Below, piece after piece: positions 55,258 to 64,000 of a stretch of 64,000 bases of DNA (its first letter is position 1; every line of letters begins with the position of its first letter). This DNA comes from Trypanosoma brucei (taxonomy: Eukaryota). The position numbers were made by a program, and so were the translations under genes. Location: NCBI GenBank assembly GCA_000002445.1, contig CH464491.1, positions 1,568,001 to 1,632,000 of the forward strand. Reading direction: 5' to 3'. Below the pieces are notes generated by a model that saw only the letters and a list, made by a program, of their open reading frames with translations, did not search any database and had not been told where the DNA came from.

Positions 55258-57759
55258 ATGCCTTTGTTTTCGTATGAGTGTCACTGTGGTTATTTAGTTC
55301 TCGTCGAATGTGATGGTTGCCCGGAAGGGGCAGCACAAAATTTGTCAGCGGAGCTCCGGCGCCTCCCCTCTGATGCTGTAGGGTTATGTTCTGGCTTGCC
55401 ACCACTACTTGTGACCAACAAGTACTTCACAGCAATGGTTCAGACTGTTATTATCTGTGCACATGATTTTTCCTTCGGCACTGAACTCAATGTGAGCTCA
55501 GTGGGATTTGTTTTTCTCGTTGGTGATGCAACTTCTGCCGATAGCGTTCCGTGGCACAGCGCTCCAATGTCATGTCTGATTCGTGTGGTGATGTGCTATG
55601 GTAGTTGTGGTGCAACAAGGGATTTAATGCATGATGCTTGCGTGCTCAACAACTTTGAGTTGATTACACATGGGGAGGCGTATGAAATGCTTTCACCCGG
55701 GGTAGAAACACGAGGGCTACTGGGCGGTGACTTAGTTGGAGCGGCACGGCTCATCCAGATATTGCATAATACCGTATGGCCTGAAAACACACGAGTACCA
55801 CATGACGACGCGAAGACCATCAGTGGGACTGTAAGTAAAAATCTTGTTGTATTCGTTGGCGCAGACAGTGAGGAAGTAATGAACTGTATTGCAGCCACGG
55901 TTGGAAATGAAGTTGTTAACTACACTGAGCATTTCCGATTCACTGGATTTTGGCCACCGAAAACTGTGGTAAGTGGAAGTGAACGGGATCAAAGGGGGTT
56001 GAAAAGGACAGAAACCTTGGAAGCACCGCACAAGAGCTTTAGAGAGGGCTTATGCGGGACCACATTGACGGTTGCCAACGAGCATTATGTTTCGTCACTG
56101 GGTGTTGAATTCGTCCACCCCGTCATGTTCTTCCCGGCTATGGCAGATCTCTTTATGGTCAAATACGGTGGCCGCCATGCCCAGCTTGCTGTTGTTTGTT
56201 GGCCTCCGTTGCAACATTTTCAAAAGGTAGGCGCGGCTAATGGAGGTAATGCCCCCGTCAGGCGCTTATCATTGCCAGTTTTCATTGAACAAATTAAGCG
56301 ATGGGGTGTGGAGCGGTGCGTGGTAGCCGCCACAATGGATACCGATGAAGAGGATACCATTTCACCGTTTGAGGCACATTTTTGTGCCGAGGGGGGTATA
56401 GAAATTGTGCACGGCGTTTTCAAAGCAGCTGACAAGAAACACACACACGATATCAACATCACTGCGGTTGGAATGGCACGACTGCTGGAGATGTTACACG
56501 AAGCAAAGTGGCCAGAACGACAGAGATTGATTAAACTCAGCGAGTCCTTGTCATCAGACTCTCAGGTGAATCGTGTCCTCTTCTGGTCAAAGGCAACAAC
56601 AACCGTTGAAGAAGAAACAATTCTTTTCCAAGTGCTGAGGGATATGGAAGTAATAACCCCTCGTACTGCAGGTGAGCAATGGAAGGTTGTGCTTCCCCCA
56701 ACTTTGGCATCTGCGGTTAGAAAAGGGCCACTGGCAGTCACGACAGCTCGGAACAGATACTTTGAAGCGGCGATTTCTGTTCATTGCTACGGTGGGGCGC
56801 GTGCCCTAACAAAAAGAGACTCACCGTCATCAGCCGAGGAGCTGAGCCCCTTCGGTGTTGTCATTATTCTGACAACTACGCAATCATGTAAAAGAGAGAG
56901 CAGAAATGGTTTGCTCACAATTCTTAGCAACTGCCGTGCTTCCGCACGTGGCGGTCATTGCAGGGGTGACTTGGTTCTCAACGGTCCACACGGCTGCGAA
57001 TCGGAAATGACGCAGAGTTTGTGTGCGGCTACGGAGGTTGAACAAGCCTTTGTACTCTATATTGTGGATGGTGACGAAAACAACGATGCGCTTGTGGACG
57101 ATATAGAGGACATTATAAAAGAACTGATGTCAGATAGTGAAGTATCGAAGTGTACACACCCATCTGGTGGAGGTGCGGAGGAGGATTGGGCTAAGGGCAG
57201 CAATGGCGACGGTTCTTCGGAGGATCTTCCTCTGCGCACTGACGATGACGGTTGCGAAGGCAGTTTCGATGACCTCATGTCGGTTGTTCCGCAGATCGAG
57301 GTGGTGTATGGTGCGGGACCTGAGGACGGAATTGCGCGGTTACGAGAAATTATGAACCAACATATGTGGTCAAATCGTGTAATGGTGGATAAGTGTATCA
57401 GAAGCCACAATGGCAGTACTAGTAGCAGCAGGAATGCTTCTTTCAGCACCATTAAAGCAGAGAAGGTAAATGATCCTTCCGTACCCCACAATGTTAACAT
57501 TTCAGAAGCGGAAGAGGTTGATGTGGTGCGTGTTGGTTGCGAATTACCTCCAAATTATTTGATAGATCCTCTGACTCGGAAATCTGTTTGGGTTGAAGCG
57601 CTTAATGGTACTGCGTTGGAGGGAGAGCAGCAGCAGCAACAGCTCATGTACTGGATTGACACTATGAAACAGCATGGGCACCGGTTATCACGCACTACGC
57701 GACAGCGTCAGGCCGAAATACTCTCCAAGAAACTGGGCGAAGAGTTGGGGGTGTCATAA
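55258..57759 (+). CDS. Hypothetical protein (833 aa)
   Basis: ATG at 55258 (MPLFSYECHCG) following pyrimidine tracts at 54541-54600 and 54995-55070. Uninterrupted 2.5 kb ORF. Short Q5 patch near the C-terminus. C-terminal segment LPPNYLIDPLTRKSVWVEALNGT...YWI has only a faint U-box-like flavour. Confidence 0.55.
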   Translation: MPLFSYECHCGYLVLVECDGCPEGAAQNLSAELRRLPSDAVGLCSGLPPLLVTNKYFTAMVQTVIICAHDFSFGTELNVSSVGFVFLVGDATSADSVPWHSAPMSCLIRVVMCYGSCGATRDLMHDACVLNNFELITHGEAYEMLSPGVETRGLLGGDLVGAARLIQILHNTVWPENTRVPHDDAKTISGTVSKNLVVFVGADSEEVMNCIAATVGNEVVNYTEHFRFTGFWPPKTVVSGSERDQRGLKRTETLEAPHKSFREGLCGTTLTVANEHYVSSLGVEFVHPVMFFPAMADLFMVKYGGRHAQLAVVCWPPLQHFQKVGAANGGNAPVRRLSLPVFIEQIKRWGVERCVVAATMDTDEEDTISPFEAHFCAEGGIEIVHGVFKAADKKHTHDINITAVGMARLLEMLHEAKWPERQRLIKLSESLSSDSQVNRVLFWSKATTTVEEETILFQVLRDMEVITPRTAGEQWKVVLPPTLASAVRKGPLAVTTARNRYFEAAISVHCYGGARALTKRDSPSSAEELSPFGVVIILTTTQSCKRESRNGLLTILSNCRASARGGHCRGDLVLNGPHGCESEMTQSLCAATEVEQAFVLYIVDGDENNDALVDDIEDIIKELMSDSEVSKCTHPSGGGAEEDWAKGSNGDGSSEDLPLRTDDDGCEGSFDDLMSVVPQIEVVYGAGPEDGIARLREIMNQHMWSNRVMVDKCIRSHNGSTSSSRNASFSTIKAEKVNDPSVPHNVNISEAEEVDVVRVGCELPPNYLIDPLTRKSVWVEALNGTALEGEQQQQQLMYWIDTMKQHGHRLSRTTRQRQAEILSKKLGEELGVS

Positions 57760-58135
57760 TGTCGACCACTTCTTCATGGAATTTTATTTATTTATTTGTT
57801 TGGAGGGGATGATATCGTCATCCACAGTATCGTTGTTGTTCACTCCGCTCTAGTACTTGGAGAGTACCGGATTGTGGTAGTGTGTTACTTTTCTGTCATT
57901 CAGCTCCGAGGAGAAAAAAGAAAAATTGCCCCCCCCTTACACTTCACCATATTCTGACTTGTCATTGTTTTCCCTGAAGTCTTACTTGCTTTTGCTGTCT
58001 TAGTTGGGTCCGTTGCGCAGCCAACAGTTATCACAGTTAACAGGTTCCCTCGTACATACACAGGTGGATAGACAAGGCGTAATCGGCTAACTTAATTTAG
58101 CATATATCAGAGACTGAGGTGTTAGGTAGTGCTTC

Positions 58136-58166
58136 TGTGTGTGTGTGTGTGTGTGTCTGTGTCTGT
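58136..58166. repeat. (GT)n microsatellite followed by T11 tract
   Basis: gtgtgtgtgtgtgtgtgtgtgtctgtgtctg, then ttgttttttttttt gacag, immediately upstream of the SURF6-like CDS. Confidence 0.9.
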
Positions 58167-58235
58167 TGTTTTTTTTTTTGACAGAAAAGGTTGGGGATAC
58201 ATCAATTTTTTGTTCATACTTTTATCCATAGGCAC

Positions 58236-58856
58236 ATGAGTGCACGGGGTTCCCAACAGCAGTCGACCGCGACAGCTTCAATCCCACTTAACCTTTCCTT
58301 CGGAAATTTCGACTTCGATGAGACGAAACGTTTAGGGCAGCGTGGAGGTGGTGTCCGTGAGTTGGCAAAGTCGCTACGACGTGCCCAAAGGCAGGCGGCT
58401 GCACACTCGCAAATGCTCAAAAATCGTGGGGGTCTCGAGCAACGTAATGCAGAACTACTCGGCACGGCAATGCGACGGGCTGCAGGAGAGCGAGTGAAGG
58501 ATGACCCAAAACGGTTAGCAAAAGCTCTGGCAAAGAGACGGAGTAAAAAGCGGACCTCTGCGAGAAAATGGGCGGGGAGGTTGGAACAAATTCAGCAGTC
58601 TGTTGATAACGTCGTAGAGGATCGCGCCACGACACGTGCGAAGAAGCGGCGGGTAGGAAAAACTGGAGGTGATAGTGGAAAGAAGAAGGCTGCAAAGACA
58701 TTTGGCGACAAGGGTAACCGCAAAGGCAACAACAAGAAAGGCAGACGTGGTGGTGGTGTTGGTCCTTCTACCGGGAAAAAAGGAAGAGTGGGGGGCTTTG
58801 CGAAGAAGGGTGCGGCACCCACTGGAAAAAAGGGGCGCCCCAAAGGATCAAAATAG
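58236..58856 (+). CDS. Basic nucleolar-type protein with SURF6/Rrp14-like C-terminal signature (ribosome biogenesis)
   Basis: Track start 58191 is TTG; first ATG 58236 (MSARGSQQQ), right after a (GT)n-T11-AG element. KDDPKRLAKALAKRRSKKRTSARKWAGRLEQIQQ...TRAKKRR resembles the SURF6/Rrp14 signature (DDPKLLKKALKRKEK.K.KS..EWKER...). Lys/Arg/Gly-rich tail. Confidence 0.6.
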   Translation: MSARGSQQQSTATASIPLNLSFGNFDFDETKRLGQRGGGVRELAKSLRRAQRQAAAHSQMLKNRGGLEQRNAELLGTAMRRAAGERVKDDPKRLAKALAKRRSKKRTSARKWAGRLEQIQQSVDNVVEDRATTRAKKRRVGKTGGDSGKKKAAKTFGDKGNRKGNNKKGRRGGGVGPSTGKKGRVGGFAKKGAAPTGKKGRPKGSK

Positions 58857-59280
58857 TTCGGTACAGGTTTGAAAGTGAGTAAAATTAAGGGAACGGGTGC
58901 GGTGGTAACCAAAGAAAAGTGTTTCTGCATATACCGTCAATCAGCTCATGCAGGTGCTAATATAGTACGATTAAGCAGAATACTGTTGAACCATTACAAT
59001 CCCTTCATTCCGTCGGTGGTAAAGGGTATGTCGCTTCGAATAATTTTTTCTTAAAAGACGATGGCCGGCACGATTATTAACCCCGCTCCCGCACAATGAA
59101 TGAGTTGATGTCACTCATATGGAAGGGTATTTTTTGTCGGTGCTTGTGCCGTGGTTACACCCTGTAAAAAGGCGGGTAAATACCACTTCGTGTTCGTGTG
59201 TCGATTTTCGCTCGAAATGGAATACATACTGAATTGTATACGGTTTTCCAATGCTTGCTAAGCTCCTTATGTTCGTTACT

Positions 59281-59334
59281 TTTTTCCTTCACTTTTTTTT
59301 CTGTTTTGAACGGTTTTCTTTTTTTTTTTTACAT
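59281..59334 (+). promoter_or_regulatory. Polypyrimidine tract upstream of the BI-1 family gene
   Basis: tttttccttcactttttttttctgttttgaacggttttctttttttttttttac, followed by AG-containing sequence ~150 nt upstream of ATG 59525. Confidence 0.4.
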
Positions 59335-59524
59335 TACGGAGAGGCGGCGTCATTCCAATTGAGCCACTGAAGACGGAGCTCGTTTTGTGGTGAGTTTAAC
59401 GAATAATTTTATATATTGAAAACGAATTTAACCAGAAAAGGGGGAAATTTGAAGGCGAAACAAGCAAGCAAAATAAAACCTAAATAAAAGGTTGAAGGAT
59501 TGTCCAGGTGAAGGAGCAAAAAGC

Positions 59525-60433
59525 ATGCTTCGCCGGCTCAACCTCCGTGTGACATCCTGCATCGCTCTGAAGCATGAGGCAGCGATCGTGCCGAGTCTCA
59601 TGACTGGAACGCAGTTGTTCCATAAAGGGCAACTTCAGTTATGTACAGAGGTGAAGGAAACGACATCATTTTGCCAGCAACAGAGATGCTTTCACACACA
59701 ACCCGTATGTCACATGCGCGTTGCGGGGAGCATTAAACCGCAAACTTCCCCAATGAATTTTGACGGAAGCAGCAGCGGCAGCGGAAATACCGCTGACAGC
59801 CTTACACCATATGTTCGAGAACATCTCTTCAAGGTGTACGGTCTCTTGGCAGCTGGATGCGTAGCGGCAGGATTTGGTTCGGTCCTTATGTTCGCCACAC
59901 CGCTCTGCAAGACGGTGCCCTTTTGGCTTCCCATGGCTGCTGGTTTTGTGCCTTTGCTGTGGCTCAGCTTTGCACCACCACAAAATCCCAATTTGAAAAT
60001 GGGCCTTTTCTTCGCCTTTACAGTACTAGAGGGAATGGCTCTCGCTCCTTTGATTGCTTCTTCCATGGCTAAGGGAGTACTGGGTACAGCAATTGTTTTG
60101 ACAGGAGCTGTCTTTTGTGGCTTCAGCGCAGGTGCATATTTGGCACCTCGCGCTTCACTGCTTGCACTGCAGGGGCCGCTGTTTGGGATGCTTCTCGGAA
60201 TGGTGGCGATATCGGTCCTGAATCTCTTCTACCCTACGGCATTTGTACACTCGATTATTTTATACGGTGGATTGGCCCTATTCTCAGTGATGGTGTCCGT
60301 GGATACTCAGGCAATGATCGAGCGGGCACGCTGTGGTGCAGGGGACGTTGTTCAGGACGCTTTACAGATGTTCATGAATGTTGTCAACATCTTTGTTCGT
60401 ATTGCACAGATTCTGGGTTCTGGTGACCGTTAA
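59525..60433 (+). CDS. Bax inhibitor-1 / TMBIM family membrane protein (GHITM/TMBIM5-like, probably mitochondrial)
   Basis: Track start 59492 is TTG; first ATG 59525 gives MLRRLNLRVTSCIALKHEAAIVPSLMTG (presequence-like). Seven hydrophobic helices with the BI-1 family layout, and a C-terminal region DTQAMIERARCGAGDVVQDALQMFMNVVNIFVRIAQILG typical of the UPF0005/BI-1 fold. Confidence 0.75.
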   Translation: MLRRLNLRVTSCIALKHEAAIVPSLMTGTQLFHKGQLQLCTEVKETTSFCQQQRCFHTQPVCHMRVAGSIKPQTSPMNFDGSSSGSGNTADSLTPYVREHLFKVYGLLAAGCVAAGFGSVLMFATPLCKTVPFWLPMAAGFVPLLWLSFAPPQNPNLKMGLFFAFTVLEGMALAPLIASSMAKGVLGTAIVLTGAVFCGFSAGAYLAPRASLLALQGPLFGMLLGMVAISVLNLFYPTAFVHSIILYGGLALFSVMVSVDTQAMIERARCGAGDVVQDALQMFMNVVNIFVRIAQILGSGDR

Positions 60434-60738
60434 TGTTGATGTGGTGGAGCACATGAGGCTCGAAATAACGTGTCTACAGATCTTGAAGAAAGGAGAATAA
60501 TAACGCTGAGCAAAGCATTTTCTTGCTTCTCTCTCTCCTTATACTTTTTTTTTCTATCCGGGACCGGAATTTCTCTGCTTTTGATTTCTTTTGTTGCCTA
60601 CTCCACATCTTTTGCGCTCTCTTCGGTTTTCCCCAAATAGAATTTGAAGTTGCCTGTCTTTAGGGAGGAAGCGGTGATGTCTAGGTGAGGAAGCGAACGA
60701 CGCTAACACTGAAAAAATAAAAGTGTGTGCAATGCGTT

Positions 60739-60762
60739 TGTGTGTGTGTGTGTGTGTGTGTG
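60739..60762. repeat. (TG)12 microsatellite
   Basis: tgtgtgtgtgtgtgtgtgtgtgtg in the intergenic region downstream of the BI-1 family gene. Confidence 0.9.
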
Positions 60763-61506
60763 GAAAGAAGTTTGACGTAATAGTAATCACACGGAAGACA
60801 AATGAGCACTTAATACTAAAGAAAGAAAAGGAAGGGACAAGTGGAAGTACAGATGACTGAAGGTGGCGACCGAGGAATGGGATGAGGGAAAGTGGAGTAG
60901 GGAAAGAAAGAAAGAACCGTTGAATCAGACATTAAGGCACGCGTGGCTCAATGGCATAGTGAGTTATTGTGTTTGTTACGCTATACGGATAATTACTGAC
61001 ATGCCGAGGGAGAGAACCATATCTTTGGTGAAGAATGGTTTTGTTGCCGCTGCATGGATTGACTGCAAAAAGTTAGGAAATATTTCTGGAAGTGTGCGGA
61101 GGTGCATACTTCCCGATACATGGGTAACGAATTGTGCACTTTCTTTTTTTTCTTTGCAGCCGGGAACTCTGAAGGGTAAAATATCTCACAGTGGTATATT
61201 GCAAGGGAGGATGGAAGACGATTACGTTATTACTTTTTACCATTGTCGGTAATCCTGGATTTTCCCACCCCGTGTCAAACAGTGGTAATTTTTTGGTAAG
61301 CGCTCACAGCGTTCAATAGGTACGTGGAGTTGCCTTCACTTTATGTGGTGACTAAGTTTTTAGGTTAGGCTGCTGAATTAAGTTATTAATTCATGTTTTC
61401 GTTATTATTATTATTTTTTGGGGGTTTAAAATTTATCTACCATTTCTCACGCTAGTTACTTCATTACCGTGTAGCCTTTCAGTACTGGTCGTGCACACTT
61501 CCAACT

Positions 61507-62238
61507 ATGGACGGTGTTGACGACTCCCGCTGGAATGTCGCTGACGACCGCCCGCGGCGTGCCAACCGCGGCAATATGCTCCAAAACCTTCTGGAGAAGG
61601 GCCTCAACTCTGATGAAGAAAAATTTCTTAACAACCTCAGTGATGCCACCTCTGATAGCACCTTCACAACTAGCGAGGAGGCGGTGGACGAAATTGATAG
61701 TGATTTCTCCGACGAGGAGATCGAGGGCGTTTTGGAAGGCACGACGATTGTAACGGATGCCGCATTGGAACGGGAGGAGCGGTTGGAGCGAAAAAAAGAG
61801 CGGCAAAAAAGTATGCGCCACGGAAAGTTACTGGGACGCGGTGCAGCGGTGGACCGAGAGCAAGTTGTGAAATTGCGACTGCGGCCGCCATCGACTATTC
61901 CGTTGGAGGATCGGCTCCGAGCGGCACATGAGCGAGCGAAGGAAGTGCGCGCCACAGCAGCACGGCGGAGCACCGGGGGCATTGGGGCGATGGGTTCCGT
62001 GACACATGAAATGGAAGCAGCTGCAAAGAAACGGCGTGGGTACCATTCAAGGGGTCGAGGGCTCACCAAAAACGGAGATGAGAATTCGGTGGCAAATGCA
62101 ACGGATGAGGGAGAGGTGATTCAACGTGTGCGCTACACCAGTAGTGCAAGCGTACTCGAGCTGTATGGTGTTCCTGTTGTCATATCATTCTCCAGGTGCC
62201 TCCCAACAATGTTTACCTCAGGAGCGGGTTCCAACTGA
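61507..62238 (+). CDS. YL1/Vps72-like nuclear protein (putative SWR1/INO80-type complex subunit)
   Basis: ATG at 61507. N-terminus RPRRANRGNMLQNLLEKGLNSDEEKFL...DSDFSDEEIEG parallels the YL1 N-terminal domain (human VPS72 RAPRKTAGNRLSGLLEAEEEDEFY...DSDFDIDEGDE). A basic ERKKERQKSMRHG block follows. The canonical YL1_C motif (..Y.DP.T.LPYA...AF..IR) is not evident in frame. Confidence 0.6.
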   Translation: MDGVDDSRWNVADDRPRRANRGNMLQNLLEKGLNSDEEKFLNNLSDATSDSTFTTSEEAVDEIDSDFSDEEIEGVLEGTTIVTDAALEREERLERKKERQKSMRHGKLLGRGAAVDREQVVKLRLRPPSTIPLEDRLRAAHERAKEVRATAARRSTGGIGAMGSVTHEMEAAAKKRRGYHSRGRGLTKNGDENSVANATDEGEVIQRVRYTSSASVLELYGVPVVISFSRCLPTMFTSGAGSN

Positions 62239-62683
62239 TCGGGTGATGTTGGATGATGTTTCGTGTAGTGTAACACAGATCGTTGACAGAGGGTGCATTC
62301 ACATCGATCTGGAGGCTGGCGCATTATCAACACGTGACTTACACACGTAACTGAACACGAAATCAAGTTGTGTATATCTGAGTGTCTGCACGTGTTGCAG
62401 TTTGTTATTCTCTTGTGAAGTACAATCAACATGAAAATTTTAAAATTCTTTGTTAGCCTAACTTTTCCGTGATCCCAGTCGTCTGCGACTGCAGTCTGCT
62501 TTGTACTGCGCACCCAATTTATCCTTTATGTATCTTCTTTTTTTTTTCTCTGTATGCGCACCGGTTACACTGGTTGTGGATAACCCACTCGAAGAGAGCG
62601 CTGCTCATCCGAAAGCACTGACGTAATTCTTTAAATTTTCCTGAAAGTAAAATCCTAACCACCGGGTAAAAGAAAAAGTAATA

Positions 62684-63013
62684 ATGAATGCAAACGACGA
62701 GATGAGCGCGTTGATGGACCAGAAGCGGACTGTGCAGAATGCCCTTGAGGCGCAGAAGGTTCACATTCGTGTGCAGCAGCGTAGAGGAAGGAAATTTGTT
62801 ACCTCCGTACAGGGCCTCAACCAGCAACTAAATTTCCGCCGTATTAACCGTGAGTTCATGCGCCGGTGGGGATGCAACGGGACGGTGATCACTACACCAG
62901 AGGCGGGAACTGTCATTCAGCTGCAAGGAAACTGGAGCGAAGAGATTCGCACATTCCTTCTTGAAGAGCACATGGCGACCGAGCAGAACTTAGAGATCCA
63001 CTCGCTGAACTGA
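62684..63013 (+). CDS. SUI1: Translation initiation factor eIF1 (SUI1)
   Basis: ATG at 62684. The 109 aa product carries the SUI1 core VHIRVQQRRGRKFVTSVQGL...FMRRWGCNGTVITTPEAGTVIQLQGNWSEEIRTFLLEE (compare yeast/human IHIRIQQRNGRKTLTTVQGI...FACNGTVIEHPEYGEVIQLQGDQR). Confidence 0.9.
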   Translation: MNANDEMSALMDQKRTVQNALEAQKVHIRVQQRRGRKFVTSVQGLNQQLNFRRINREFMRRWGCNGTVITTPEAGTVIQLQGNWSEEIRTFLLEEHMATEQNLEIHSLN

Positions 63014-64000
63014 TGAAGACTAAGGACGAGAGGAACGCACATCGGGGTAATTTAAACAAGAGAAAAGGAAAGATAGTGGAGATGAGGCTACACAGTGCAG
63101 TTTTAAAGGAAATGAAAGGTATCACTGAGGAAGTTAAAGAAGTTCACACAATTTACAGAGCGATACAGATAGATTGTTACATGAGTATCAACGGCGCTGC
63201 GTCGACCGAAGTTAGGTACGTCAATCGCATTGGTAGAGGAGGGTGATTGTGTTGCCTCTGCCAGGGTTATTTCATGTACAATAAAAAGAAGGATAAGGAT
63301 TTGTTTTTGTCTGCTCTTACATCCATCTGATATTGTGTTATTCCCCTGTCAGCATCTCTGCCCTGTCCGCGGGTAAGAGGCTGCTGTAACTAGCAGAAAA
63401 AATGGAAGATGAATCCATCGAATGTGAGTGTGCACAGTTAAAGAGGAGCGAAAACATATCAGTGGATGAAGCATGAGTGGTCCATTAGCAACAGCTCTGC
63501 TGCGGCACCACACAAGATAATGAAAAGAGGTATACCTCTGTTTCTGTTCTAGGATTTTCCGTCGATTATCGTGAGTAGTGTTGTGAAATAATCGTGGAAG
63601 AAAACGGAAGGGGGAGACGAGGAAGGATATCGGGAGAAGCTGTGACTACGGTACGCTTGAAACCAATGCCGCAGAGCGTAAAGAAAAATCCGATCACTTG
63701 AGCTACTAATATTGCGTGCATAACCCCCTTTCTCCCTTTCACCATGGTGGTGTATGCATCCCATGTCTCTTTTTTTCTTTGTTTCCCTTGTGTTGAACAT
63801 GTGTTTTTTGTGCATACGCTCCACGACGCGAGAAAGCGCTGGCGCGTAGTTCTACAAACACGTCTCGCATGACCGTTAATTACCCTTTCATCCCCCCCCC
63901 ATCCACTGCTGTTAAGATGTTCATTTTGATCCCTCAAGTTGTAAGTTTGTCTCTGCTTCGAATTTTACTAACGCATCTTTTCTTTTTACCTACGGGAACG

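Noticed and set aside
61479-62069. 196-aa - strand ORF overlapping the YL1-like gene
   Set aside because: Antisense to a + strand gene with recognisable homology. Ser/Arg-rich composition typical of antisense frames of GC-rich coding sequence. No gene on the - strand anywhere else in the window.
1-64000. Prokaryote-type novelty (defence islands, CRISPR arrays, toxin-antitoxin pairs, integrases) suggested by the task framing
   Set aside because: The sequence is clearly eukaryotic (kinetoplastid): eukaryote-only protein families (formin, eIF1, dynein LC1, Mnd1, YL1), 1-6 kb ORFs separated by polypyrimidine/microsatellite spacers, no RBS-like spacing. The only repeats are microsatellites and coding low-complexity arrays, with no direct-repeat/spacer organisation.

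Overview
This 64 kb window looks like nuclear DNA from a kinetoplastid, most likely a Trypanosoma species. About 21 protein-coding ORFs sit on the + strand and none on the - strand, so the whole window is one directional polycistronic gene cluster with no strand-switch region. No introns are apparent. Intergenic spacers are 0.5-2.6 kb and carry polypyrimidine tracts (likely SL trans-splicing/polyadenylation signals) and (TA)n, (GT)n, (CA)n, (CT)n microsatellites. GC content is about 50%, which argues against Leishmania. A nuclear gene for a T7-like mitochondrial RNA polymerase also points to Trypanosoma. Genes recognised from conserved motifs in the translations: RFC1 clamp-loader large subunit, MND1, outer-arm dynein light chain LC1, an ATRX/ARIP4-like SNF2 ATPase, a membrane J-domain protein, a DEAH-box RNA helicase, a formin (FH1+FH2), the mitochondrial RNA polymerase, a SURF6/Rrp14-like protein, a Bax-inhibitor-1 (TMBIM) family protein, a YL1-like protein and eIF1/SUI1. 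Several large ORFs are kinetoplastid-type hypothetical proteins. The supplied ORF track uses TTG/GTG as start codons for many ORFs; for a eukaryote I moved those starts to the first in-frame ATG. There are no tRNA or rRNA genes, CRISPR arrays, obvious retroposons or prokaryote-style systems. All minus-strand ORFs over 100 aa lie antisense to + strand genes and are treated as artefacts.
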